In this document: positions 19,217 to 28,337 of the stretch, piece after piece | How positions within the stretch are numbered: the stretch's first letter is position 1 | Layout of the letters: the number at the start of each line of letters is the position of its first letter | Origin: an uncultured archaeon | Lineage (GTDB): Archaea > Micrarchaeota > Micrarchaeia > Micrarchaeales > CABMGC01 | Direction of reading: 5' to 3' | Assembly: GCA_963787445.1 (NCBI GenBank) | Contig: CAWBCT010000005.1 | Span: 595,143 to 659,142 of the forward strand | DNA length: 64,000 nucleotides | The notes under the pieces: model-generated | What the model saw: the letters and a program-made list of their open reading frames with translations, nothing else | Told to the model about the DNA's origin: nothing | Database searches by the model: none | Program-made: the position numbers and the translations under genes

Positions 19217-20338
19217 ATGGATGACCAGGAAGGAGCAAATCAAGGGGAACGAGTCGACCCATGGGGCAGCGAAGCGTTCACGAACCCGGACCAGGATTTT
19301 GCAGATTTCAAGATAGCCAAAATACCCTCCCATGCTCTTGAGTTCTTCAAGGGAAAGACCTTCCTGTTCGACCGCGGGTTGATAATCAGGCACAAGGATT
19401 TCGAGACCATACTACGGAGGATAGAACTTGGCGAGGATTTCCTGGTGATAAGCGGCTTTTCAAGCTCCGGGGAGCTCCACTATGGTCATAAGTCAGTCAT
19501 AGACATTTACAACTTCTTCCGCAAGTTCACAAAGGAGGGGCGATTTGCAATCTGCGATCTCGACGCCTATGTCAGCAGGTCGGACGAAAAGATTCCGGAC
19601 CTTGCCACTGCCAGGAAGTACGCCGTAGACAATGTGGCAGATGCGCTCGCCCTAGGAGTTCCCGAAGCGGACATACGGGTGCAGAGTAACCAGAGCCTTG
19701 ACTACCACAACTTCGTGCTTCAAATCTCAAAGAGCCTCTCCTTCAACACCATGAAGGCGGTGCTCGGACACTCTGACCTGGGCAAATTCACCGCAACATA
19801 TCTCCAGATAGCTGATATACTGTACCCACAGCTGGAACTGCACGGAGCCCACTCCCTGGTGCCCGTAGGCATAGACCAAGAACCGATACTAAGCCTGGCC
19901 CGGGACGTGGCCAAGAAGCTGAGGAAGAGCCACGGCTTCATCTCACCATCATCCTTGTACACCGCACACCTGCCCTCCCTAGTCAATATGAAGGACAAGA
20001 TGTCAAAGAGCGAGAAAGGCTCGGCACTGCTTCTAAACTCGACAGTGGCGGAGATCGACCAGACGATAGCCCACGCGACCACCGGCGGGAGGGACACCCT
20101 ACAGCAGCAGATCGAGCTAGGAGGCACCCCGGGCAACTGCCCCCTGTATTATCTTCACAGGTCAAACAACCCGGATACCGCAGCTGTAGCTGATATCTAC
20201 AGCAATTGCAAGTCAGGAAAGCTGATGTGCAAGGATGACAAAGCAGCACTGAAGGAGCTATTCAGGGCCAACGCCGCAGCCCACATCGAAAGAAGGGAGC
20301 GATTCATGGAAACCGCAAAGCGGATAGTTGCACGATAA
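19217..20338 (+). CDS. trpS: Tryptophanyl-tRNA synthetase (archaeal type) or close paralog
   Basis: VDPWG, HYGH, LQIADIL, VPVGIDQ, KMSKS and TTGGR...GG..C...C..G...C. Confidence 0.8.
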   Translation: MDDQEGANQGERVDPWGSEAFTNPDQDFADFKIAKIPSHALEFFKGKTFLFDRGLIIRHKDFETILRRIELGEDFLVISGFSSSGELHYGHKSVIDIYNFFRKFTKEGRFAICDLDAYVSRSDEKIPDLATARKYAVDNVADALALGVPEADIRVQSNQSLDYHNFVLQISKSLSFNTMKAVLGHSDLGKFTATYLQIADILYPQLELHGAHSLVPVGIDQEPILSLARDVAKKLRKSHGFISPSSLYTAHLPSLVNMKDKMSKSEKGSALLLNSTVAEIDQTIAHATTGGRDTLQQQIELGGTPGNCPLYYLHRSNNPDTAAVADIYSNCKSGKLMCKDDKAALKELFRANAAAHIERRERFMETAKRIVAR

Positions 20339-20357
20339 AATATAGAAACGTGATTCT

Positions 20358-21053
20358 TTGGAGCTGAAAAACCTGCGCGAGAAACTGGACGTGACAAACC
20401 AGCGGATAATAACCAAGCTCAAGGACAGGTCACGGTTTCCCCTAAACCCGCCTGTTTACATCGCGGACGCAATACCAATAAAAGGCAGGCCCGGAATCTC
20501 ACTTCTGGAGTTTGCGCTGGAGGGGATAGAGGTCTACCACTCATCTTTGGGCAGGTATGATTATCACGACCAGTATCCTGTTTTCTCAAGAAAGCTGCCG
20601 GGAAGCCTGGTCGAAAGAGTGACCCCCCCGACTTCACTCCAGGAGGTGTCAATAACCATATCGACAGACCTGCTTTCCTACTACCAGCAGATGCTGCCCA
20701 GGCTATGCGATAAGAAAGAAGCTGACCCCACCACCTACGGCGAGACCGCCTACGTGGATGCCGACACCCTGCAGCTCATACACGAGAGGATAAACAGCAC
20801 CGGCCGCTATGTGGCTCAGGTCAAGCTTGAGCGGAACGGGAGCCTCAACGTCGACCACTCTGATGAAAAGAAGATCAGGGACCTTCTGAGGGATGCGAAG
20901 AGGGAGGGTGAAGTGATAGAAGAGGCCAAAAAACTGGCAGCAATGCAGGGACTTGAGCCTAACCTGATCGGAGAAGTGATCGGCTGGGTCATAGACAAAA
21001 CCCTCGAGGTGGAGGTCAAGTACATACAGAGGCTTGACGCCCCCAAAGCATAA
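20358..21053 (+). CDS. Chorismate mutase, eukaryotic (Aro7/AroQ-beta)-like
   Basis: LKNLR..L...RSRF...VY, SLLEFAL...H..LGRY, ERI..GRYVAQVK and EVEVKYIQRL follow the yeast Aro7 motif order. Confidence 0.75.
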   Translation: MELKNLREKLDVTNQRIITKLKDRSRFPLNPPVYIADAIPIKGRPGISLLEFALEGIEVYHSSLGRYDYHDQYPVFSRKLPGSLVERVTPPTSLQEVSITISTDLLSYYQQMLPRLCDKKEADPTTYGETAYVDADTLQLIHERINSTGRYVAQVKLERNGSLNVDHSDEKKIRDLLRDAKREGEVIEEAKKLAAMQGLEPNLIGEVIGWVIDKTLEVEVKYIQRLDAPKA

Positions 21054-21089
21054 ATATCATAGAAAAGCACTAACAATAAACGTGATTCA

Positions 21090-21452
21090 ATGTTCGGACC
21101 TGAATTTACCGCAACGCACCATCGAGAGTGGGGTTCGCACTTCAAGGAGAAGGAGCCGCTCCGCACCAAACTGGCGCTAGTCGGCACCATAACGGCAGGG
21201 AACCTGGATTTTGCCGCGATAGTGGCAAGACGGCTCTCTCCGAAAGACAGGAAAGCCTCGGCATTAGAAGGCGTAGCGCGCCTGGCCTTCCTCAAGGCTG
21301 ACACAACTCTCATCAGGGGCGCAGCAAGAACATTCGGGCTAACCGACGAAGAGACAAAGGGTGCAGTGGGCGACGCGGTCAAGGAACAGAGACGCCTTGG
21401 CGACACCGTGGTTCCTCAAAGGCTTGAAGCGGAATTCGGCCTAAAAACGTAA
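21090..21452 (+). CDS. Hypothetical protein
   Basis: 120-aa ORF co-oriented after the chorismate mutase; no recognised motif. Confidence 0.5.
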   Translation: MFGPEFTATHHREWGSHFKEKEPLRTKLALVGTITAGNLDFAAIVARRLSPKDRKASALEGVARLAFLKADTTLIRGAARTFGLTDEETKGAVGDAVKEQRRLGDTVVPQRLEAEFGLKT

Positions 21453-21467
21453 TTATTAGTTATAGTT

Positions 21468-21779
21468 TCATCCTTCAAACTTCTTCTCATCCTTCCTAGC
21501 TCGCTCGTGCGCCTCCTTTAGGCTATGACCCTCGTTCTGGTACCTTATCTCCTGGAGCTCGTGGTAGGCTATCTTCATGGCGTGCCTCTTCCACCTATCA
21601 GATATCCAGATCTGGCCCAGCGGGATTCCGAGCTTGGCGGCGGCTTTGGGGGCGTAGCGCCTACCTTTGTAAACCACGTTGTAGCAGGCTATGTGCTCTC
21701 CGATCAGGCTGTGGGGCACGAAGACCACTTTGTAGCCAAGGCGCCTGAGCCCGCTTGCTATGGAGGATTTGGTGGGCAT
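21468..21779 (-). CDS. Small zincin-like protein (HELxE...H)
   Basis: AYHELQE...EAHERA; ATG at 21779. Confidence 0.5.
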   Translation of the reverse strand: MPTKSSIASGLRRLGYKVVFVPHSLIGEHIACYNVVYKGRRYAPKAAAKLGIPLGQIWISDRWKRHAMKIAYHELQEIRYQNEGHSLKEAHERARKDEKKFEG

Positions 21780-21889
21780 GGAATATAAATATCGTAAATC
21801 GGGTTCTAAAAGAATTATGTAACCACAAACTAAACCTATTTTTATCACAATGTTATTAAATTCTTACGTTCTAGTTTAAACTTGAGTAA

Positions 21890-22861
21890 ATGAAAGAATA
21901 TCCACTAGATAAATTCCCTAATATAAATATGCGACCGGAAGTGGTTATTAAGCATAAAGAACATCTTGATGCACTCAAAGACGATATAATTGAGTATAGC
22001 AAAGTTGGCCATAGAGATACAATTATGTTTGATTGGCTACTCAGAGTTTTTGAGAATTTGGGTCTCTCAACAGTGAGAAAGGAATACTTAGATTCATTAG
22101 CTATAACAAAGACGCGGTTAGCTTTGTTTGTGGTATTGATTGATGATCCAGTCGACAATATCAAAAAGCGTAACTTTAAACTTTTCGAAGAACTTCTCAA
22201 GATCCCATTTAATCCCGAGCAAATAGATAAATCTCAATTTAATGTTCATGATGTTGAATATCTTGAATTTACAAAAAACTTGTGGACTGAGATCACAAAC
22301 GAGATTACAAAATATCCTGATCATAAGAGATATAAAGAAGCCTTTGAATTTGATATCAAACAACTTCTTAATTCTATGAGCTATAGCCGATTTGTAAATA
22401 CCTACCCTAATGCTATTAACTTGACTGAGAATGACGCTTACGTACATCATAGTATGATAGTTTTAATAGAAATGGACATTGATCTGATGTGCTCGCAAGG
22501 ATTTGATGAGCGTGAATTTGGAGCATTAAGAGAATTAGGTTACATCTCTCAAAAGATGGCGAAGATAGGTAATATTATAGGAACATATCCTCGAGAACTT
22601 ATTGAATCAGATATGTCCAGTAGAGCAGTGGTAAAATTTCTGACAGATAACGGCGCAGATTTTGGATTCAAATTAAATAAACTAATTAAAAAAGAAATGA
22701 GGTATCCCGAGTTCGAAAAAAACCTAACAGACGAATGGCAAAAGGAGTACTTACTAACTATCGATTTATCAAAAAGAATAAAATCAATTAATACACAAGA
22801 TTTCATAAAACAACTAGAATTCGTACAAAAAGCATACCAAATTAAAACTGACTATTGGTAA
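21890..22861 (+). CDS. Class I terpene synthase/isoprenoid-synthase-fold protein
   Basis: LIDDPVD (DDxxD) and GNIIGTYPRE (NSE/DTE-like); helical composition. Confidence 0.55.
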   Translation: MKEYPLDKFPNINMRPEVVIKHKEHLDALKDDIIEYSKVGHRDTIMFDWLLRVFENLGLSTVRKEYLDSLAITKTRLALFVVLIDDPVDNIKKRNFKLFEELLKIPFNPEQIDKSQFNVHDVEYLEFTKNLWTEITNEITKYPDHKRYKEAFEFDIKQLLNSMSYSRFVNTYPNAINLTENDAYVHHSMIVLIEMDIDLMCSQGFDEREFGALRELGYISQKMAKIGNIIGTYPRELIESDMSSRAVVKFLTDNGADFGFKLNKLIKKEMRYPEFEKNLTDEWQKEYLLTIDLSKRIKSINTQDFIKQLEFVQKAYQIKTDYW

Positions 22862-22880
22862 AATTTGTGCTGCTTAAATC

Positions 22881-23426
22881 TCATAATTGTTCTTCATAAA
22901 GAGACGGAAATCGTTCTTTCAGGTTTTTATTGCCATCAATAACTATCTTACAGACATTATTACTATTAGCTTGGTATTCTACTTCTATAGCATCAAAATC
23001 TCTATCCGTAATGGCAGATATTAAACCCGCAATAATACCGCGTAACAAGTGATCTATATTTCTATATTTTGTATTTTCAAATTCTTTTATTAAGAAAGAA
23101 TCTTCTAAGATTAATGTCCCAGTGGGGATTGTATTAGCATCTTCGTACTTTACATTCCCATAACCATATAAGTTTATAGTATTACAAATCCAGTTTTTAT
23201 CTGTTGACTGTGCAAACTCTGCTTTAAGATTTTGTTTGTATTCCAACATAGATTTTTTTGAAATTAAATAAAGTGTCTTTAATGACCCCAAATCATCATA
23301 CGCTTTACTTAAATATGCAGTTATACTTTGTGGCGGAAATATCAGAACATCTTGTCCATAAAGTGTTACTTTTCCATCTACAAATGTCATTTTTCTTGTT
23401 ATCATCAACATCTCAAAAAAGTTCAT
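22881..23426 (-). CDS. V4R-domain protein
   Basis: YGYG...RGIIAGLIS...AIEVE...CKIVI. Confidence 0.65.
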   Translation of the reverse strand: MNFFEMLMITRKMTFVDGKVTLYGQDVLIFPPQSITAYLSKAYDDLGSLKTLYLISKKSMLEYKQNLKAEFAQSTDKNWICNTINLYGYGNVKYEDANTIPTGTLILEDSFLIKEFENTKYRNIDHLLRGIIAGLISAITDRDFDAIEVEYQANSNNVCKIVIDGNKNLKERFPSLYEEQL

Positions 23427-23992
23427 TCGATGTCACCAAACCTTTTTGCTGCTAATTCAGGAAAATTTTCAAATAATTCTTTTTTAGAACCCCAATAGTA
23501 AACGCATACGTCATTACCCGAACATATACACTTTGTTTCTATAACATCTATATCCATATTGAATGTACCACTTGCAGATCCTGCAATAAGACCTTCAAAG
23601 ATAAAATCAGAAGGTTCTTTTATCCCTTTATTTTTAAGATAATCATGCATCGGAAGATCTTTTATATTCATAAATCCGCGTTTACCATTTTCATCTAAAA
23701 GTTGATATTTTACTAACCCCCAACCTCCGAAAGCACAATACTTAACCCATCTATCCAAAAAATCTTTAGGGGTTAGCATGTATTCCTTACCTAGTGGTCT
23801 AGAAAATTCTGCCATACCCTTTTTCATACACCCATACAATTCTCTTGCCTTTCTTGGCGTATTATTGATATCTATAGACAACATACCCACAAAATTTACT
23901 GGCAAAATCACTATCCGTTGTTTATCCATAGTTATTTTGCCAGGTTCTATATTAACTTCTTTAGCAAGCGAAAATTTTTCGAATATGTTCAT
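23423..23992 (-). CDS. V4R-domain protein
   Basis: GGWG...EGLIAG...VIETKCICSGNDVCVY, the typical V4R C-terminus. Confidence 0.75.
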   Translation of the reverse strand: MNIFEKFSLAKEVNIEPGKITMDKQRIVILPVNFVGMLSIDINNTPRKARELYGCMKKGMAEFSRPLGKEYMLTPKDFLDRWVKYCAFGGWGLVKYQLLDENGKRGFMNIKDLPMHDYLKNKGIKEPSDFIFEGLIAGSASGTFNMDIDVIETKCICSGNDVCVYYWGSKKELFENFPELAAKRFGDIE

Positions 23993-24068
23993 TAAATCGC
24001 CTTAACATCGTAATACGATATTACTTTATTAGAGCTAATAGTAGTTTTATTGGCTCTTGTTTACCATA

Positions 24069-24803
24069 TTATTTATAAACTTGTTCGGCAGGCTTTACAG
24101 ACATACCTATCTTACCAAACTCCAAGTCATGTACATATTGGCTATGGTCTGTATTTCTCATTTTCAAGATTGATAAAGTTCTGCTTCTCCTTGCACCTAT
24201 AAGTTGATTGTACATAACAACAAGACCGTCACACATGAACTCGCTAACACCATCTACTGTGAGGTGCTCCCCCCCATCTACTGAATCTGTTATTATCATA
24301 TTTGTTGTAGTAAGATCACTTAATTTATTTATTACCAAATAAGTTATACGCTTTTCAGAATCACCAGTATAAACTGTTTTATTTCTAGACCCGAGATAAC
24401 TAATTGGTATGGTGAATTGGTCTATATTTACTGAAAAAATCTCCAGACTATCAAAAACTAATCTTTTTGCATGAGTAGTATTTACTGCATCCTCTATGAT
24501 TTTAAAAAGATCAAGTTTAACTACATCCATTGGGATCGACAAAAACGTAATCTTACCTTGGCTTTCAAGACTATTCAAATCCCATCCAAATCTTTTTCCT
24601 TGTTCTTTCAGCATATCTGTATTAGATTCAAGAGATACATATAATCCATTTTCTCCAGCTAAAGCCCCACTGTAAAGATATTGCAACCCAAAAATGGTTT
24701 TACCAGTACCTGGTGCTCCAACCAGCAAGACATTGAAATTTTTTGGTACGCCCCCCTCTACAAGCTCATCGAAACCGGGAATGCCTGTCTTTACTCTTTC
24801 CAC
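24069..24803 (-). CDS. KaiC/RAD55-family ATPase (single domain)
   Basis: RVKTGIPGFDELVEGG, GAPGTGKT, RLVFDS and ILKMR. Confidence 0.9.
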   Translation of the reverse strand: MERVKTGIPGFDELVEGGVPKNFNVLLVGAPGTGKTIFGLQYLYSGALAGENGLYVSLESNTDMLKEQGKRFGWDLNSLESQGKITFLSIPMDVVKLDLFKIIEDAVNTTHAKRLVFDSLEIFSVNIDQFTIPISYLGSRNKTVYTGDSEKRITYLVINKLSDLTTTNMIITDSVDGGEHLTVDGVSEFMCDGLVVMYNQLIGARRSRTLSILKMRNTDHSQYVHDLEFGKIGMSVKPAEQVYK

Positions 24804-24934
24804 GTCAAAACCTCTAGCTAGTATCGGTATGGTATAGCAAACTATTTATGCATAACGCAGAAAACATAGTCACTTGCTGAAAGCAAAATTGTTATTGAAT
24901 TATAAACCTTTATTATGATGTATTAATTGAGTTT

Positions 24935-26038
24935 ATGACAACTACAAAATACTCAACACTATTTGAAGACCAAGCTTTTGGTATTCCAGGTTACATTTCT
25001 AAACAATTCCATGCTCTAGATAACAAAAAGTTCTTTATTAGAAATATATTCATACCAGAATCCTTTTTTGTAATACTTGAGCAGACCATAGTAGAAAACA
25101 AAGGAGACAAAAGAAAAAAGGAATTATACAGGATGGGAAAGCAATTTGGTTACCGATTTGCACTTCTTAATCGGTTTCCCAAAGGTAATATTAACAAAGT
25201 CACAATGCGTTCCGTGTTTGATTTCTTCCAAACAATCTACGCAAAGAAGATGACTACATTAAATATAGATTCCCAATTGAAGATGGTTGAACTAGAACTT
25301 GATGAATTCATAGTAACTTCCAAAGATGATATGGGTTATATGCCTATTGGAGCCGGCGCAGGTGCATGGTGTTACTTAAATGGTGATTATAATCTTGATT
25401 GTAGCACCCAAAAATTATCGAAGGGTAAGCATGTACTTTTATGTGCTAATAAAAAGATTCTTAAAGAACGGGGATTTGAAGTAATCGAATCTAAGCAAAT
25501 GCCAGAAAGTATTGATTTTAAGAGCTATATGGGCCATAACTTGCCACAAAAAGGTATGTTCAAATCATCAAGTTTTAGCCAGCTGCTTAAAACTGGAATT
25601 GCTTCGTATACACCTGGAATAATAAAATTAGAAAAATCAAATGAAAGGTTAATAGTACTTGAGATATCCATACTCTTTGATATAGAAAACACCTTTGATC
25701 AGAAGTTAATATCAGACTCTTCATATACGCCATTCTACAACATTGGACTTTCTCTAAAGGAAAAAGAAAAACCATACGATAGTCTCACCGAACTGCTTAG
25801 CGCCTTTGGATTTGGTATTGTACAGGTAACCGAAAAGAAAGATACGGTATCAGTCCTCTTTCATGGATATCCGTGGTTCTCAACAGAAACCGAGAAAACA
25901 AGTTTTGGTCTTATTAAAGGGGCTGTTCTTGGCTTCCTTAATGGTATTACTGAAAGAAAATATGAACTAAAATCTTTATCCTCAGAAGTTACGAATAACG
26001 TATTTGATGTATCCATGGAATTGGAAATCAAGGAGTAA
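24935..26038 (+). CDS. Tandem V4R-like domain protein
   Basis: Two repeats: LYRMGKQFG...AGAW and FYNIG...AFGFG...KGAVLGFLNG. Confidence 0.5.
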   Translation: MTTTKYSTLFEDQAFGIPGYISKQFHALDNKKFFIRNIFIPESFFVILEQTIVENKGDKRKKELYRMGKQFGYRFALLNRFPKGNINKVTMRSVFDFFQTIYAKKMTTLNIDSQLKMVELELDEFIVTSKDDMGYMPIGAGAGAWCYLNGDYNLDCSTQKLSKGKHVLLCANKKILKERGFEVIESKQMPESIDFKSYMGHNLPQKGMFKSSSFSQLLKTGIASYTPGIIKLEKSNERLIVLEISILFDIENTFDQKLISDSSYTPFYNIGLSLKEKEKPYDSLTELLSAFGFGIVQVTEKKDTVSVLFHGYPWFSTETEKTSFGLIKGAVLGFLNGITERKYELKSLSSEVTNNVFDVSMELEIKE

Positions 26039-27356
26039 TCGATATCATCTCATCTCCTTCATGCAGGCTACGCACTGCATCTAACTTCCTGCAGCACATG
26101 AACCCCGTAATAATATTGGTTATGACCAGCCTTCTTGCCCTTAATCCCTTTATAAGCCTCATCTCTTCCATTGCCTTGTCAAGGTCAATGCCCGTGAAAA
26201 CTGGCAGCAATAGCAAAGTCCCATCTGGCATACCGAATTCTCCCGAAATTATGTACTTGTTTACCGGATTCTCAGTTTCCTCAGTAATGCTGTTCCTTAG
26301 GGCGCTTCTGTGCTTGATAAACTCTGAATGGTTTATGTCCTCTAATAAGATGAGCGCAAAATACTTGATTGGCAGGTTTGCAAGGCTGATCGTAATCCTT
26401 CGTACAATGCCCTTGTCTACCAGCCTGTTGTAAGTATATCTCGCGCTGCCTGCCCCAAAGCGATTCTTTTCGTCTATCTCGGCAAAATCCATGCTCCCGT
26501 TGAAGTTAAGGTCCTTCAGGACCGCATGTTCCCTGTTGAGCAGCCTTGGCGACCCATCGCCGCGCTGAGCCTTGCCCCCTGCCTTACTCTTAAGAACCTC
26601 AAAGAACCCGTCTCTTAATGGTATAAAGCCATAGCCCATCGAGAACTGCGTAAGGTAGAACCTAAGGTTGCAGTCCGGGAAGAGCCTGTCCCTCAGCTCC
26701 GACGCCTGGGCTCTCATATCGCCATTTGCATCAAACAGGGCGTATACGAAGAGATCGTAGTCCCCTTGGGTCAGCAGCGCCAGCTGCACGCGGGGCTCAG
26801 CCTCAAGCTCCCTCTTCATGGTCCTGAGGTTGGGCACTTCATCCAGGAACTTGACCATTATGACATACTCCACGTAGCCGAGCTTCCCTAGGTCCGGCTC
26901 GAGGATGTAGCTTATGCCGTACTTCCTCTCCAGGTTCCTCCTGTGGGCCTCCAGCGTGGCCGGCTTGAGCCCCATCTTCTTGGCCATCTCTGCCAGCGTT
27001 AGCCTGCCATCGGCGCTTAAAGCGGAGATTATGGCGTTCTCGTGCTCCCTTGAGTACTCTCTATGGCGGTACTCCCTCCGTTCCGTGTCCTTTCTTGGTT
27101 TGGCGCTGAACTCCCTTTCTACCAGAGCTCCTCCAAGCTCCGCGTCCCGCCTTATGCCCGGTATGAACAGGCCCTCGATCGTAATCCTCCCTATGTACCT
27201 CGAGATGCCCCTGACCTTCTTCCTCTCCTTGTCCCATTTGCTCGTAGCCTCGTAGACGTAGCAGTGCTCGTTGATTATCTTTATGCTGAGGTACCTGTCG
27301 CTGTTCTTCTTGAGCTCTTCGTAGGTGGTTTGGACTTTTTCTGGAAGCTGTTGCAT
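26028..27356 (-). CDS. Lrp/AsnC-family regulator, duplicated, with extra N-terminal domain
   Basis: LSADGRLTLAEMAKKMG...LGKLGY...QGDYDL, then a second wHTH (LNFNGSMDFAEI...YNRLVDKGIV). Confidence 0.75.
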   Translation of the reverse strand: MQQLPEKVQTTYEELKKNSDRYLSIKIINEHCYVYEATSKWDKERKKVRGISRYIGRITIEGLFIPGIRRDAELGGALVEREFSAKPRKDTERREYRHREYSREHENAIISALSADGRLTLAEMAKKMGLKPATLEAHRRNLERKYGISYILEPDLGKLGYVEYVIMVKFLDEVPNLRTMKRELEAEPRVQLALLTQGDYDLFVYALFDANGDMRAQASELRDRLFPDCNLRFYLTQFSMGYGFIPLRDGFFEVLKSKAGGKAQRGDGSPRLLNREHAVLKDLNFNGSMDFAEIDEKNRFGAGSARYTYNRLVDKGIVRRITISLANLPIKYFALILLEDINHSEFIKHRSALRNSITEETENPVNKYIISGEFGMPDGTLLLLPVFTGIDLDKAMEEMRLIKGLRARRLVITNIITGFMCCRKLDAVRSLHEGDEMISITP

Positions 27357-27444
27357 ATAGGTTATAATAAATCATATAATATATAGTGTTTTCTACAGAA
27401 TTCGAAAAAGTACGAAGATTTATTATTTTGAATCTGAAACAGAG

Positions 27445-27474
27445 TTTTATATAGGTTATATAACCTATATAAAA
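27445..27474. promoter_or_regulatory. Perfect 30-bp palindrome, probable operator
   Basis: TTTTATATAGGTTATATAACCTATATAAAA is its own reverse complement; half-site ATATAGGTTATA at 27355-27366. Confidence 0.65.
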
Positions 27475-27592
27475 ATTATGTAAATGTAACTTCTGATTCA
27501 TTTAATTCATTAATCTTTAAAGCAATACTCAATTTACATAGTCCGTTAATTTATACCACCTCAATACTTGTTAAAGCAGTGAGGATGTAAAC

Positions 27593-28318
27593 ATGATAGA
27601 AATAAAAATTGGAAAAGGAACTTCGCAAGATGCAGAACGCTTAGTTGGTAGAGAAGCATTTCCAATAAGAGAACGCTCAAGCAACGGCGCTAATGGAAGT
27701 CACAGTACCCTGCTAGTTCTGGAAAGGAGAACTGGGGCTCTCGCTGATTCTGCTCGACCTTTGGCAGTCCTTCAAAGATCCGACGTACATAAGCTCACAG
27801 ATACGCAGATGGAAAGGCTCGACAAGCTTTGGTCCTACAACATCTCCCACATCACGCGTAAACTCGTGTCAAGAGGAGATGCCCCGCAGATCAAGGCAGA
27901 ACAACTTTATCCACTTGAGGCGATGTTGGGCAAGATAGATCTCGAGACCGCCAGGAGTTTTGAAGCAGAGTTCAAAAGATTCATGTCCATAATTCTGATC
28001 AAACCCGAAAACGTGAAAATTGTAGCACCTTCGAGGCCTGTAGACATGTATTGGCACTTGTTCGTACTAGACACGCGGGAATATCGTAAGTTCTGTGAGC
28101 AGGTGTTCGGAAGGTTCATAGATCATGTGCCGTCCAGTGACGCTAGAAGGCAGCATACAAGGGACGCATACGTGAGCACGCTGGATGCATACAATAAACT
28201 TTTCGGAGTTCCTGACGGAAGAATATGGCCCAAGCTCAGGGTTGAGGGCGCTAATTGCGGGACGGGTTCTGGACATTGCAGCGGTGGCCCCGATTGTAAT
28301 CAATGTAATGCAGGATGA
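27593..28318 (+). CDS. Glycine-rich-domain (GRDP/DUF1399-like) protein with Cys/Gly C-terminal tail
   Basis: PSRPVDMYWHLFVLDTREYRKFC...FIDHVP motif; tail CGTGSGHCSGGPDCNQCNAG. Confidence 0.65.
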   Translation: MIEIKIGKGTSQDAERLVGREAFPIRERSSNGANGSHSTLLVLERRTGALADSARPLAVLQRSDVHKLTDTQMERLDKLWSYNISHITRKLVSRGDAPQIKAEQLYPLEAMLGKIDLETARSFEAEFKRFMSIILIKPENVKIVAPSRPVDMYWHLFVLDTREYRKFCEQVFGRFIDHVPSSDARRQHTRDAYVSTLDAYNKLFGVPDGRIWPKLRVEGANCGTGSGHCSGGPDCNQCNAG

Positions 28319-28337
28319 TAGCGGTTAATAAGAGCAT

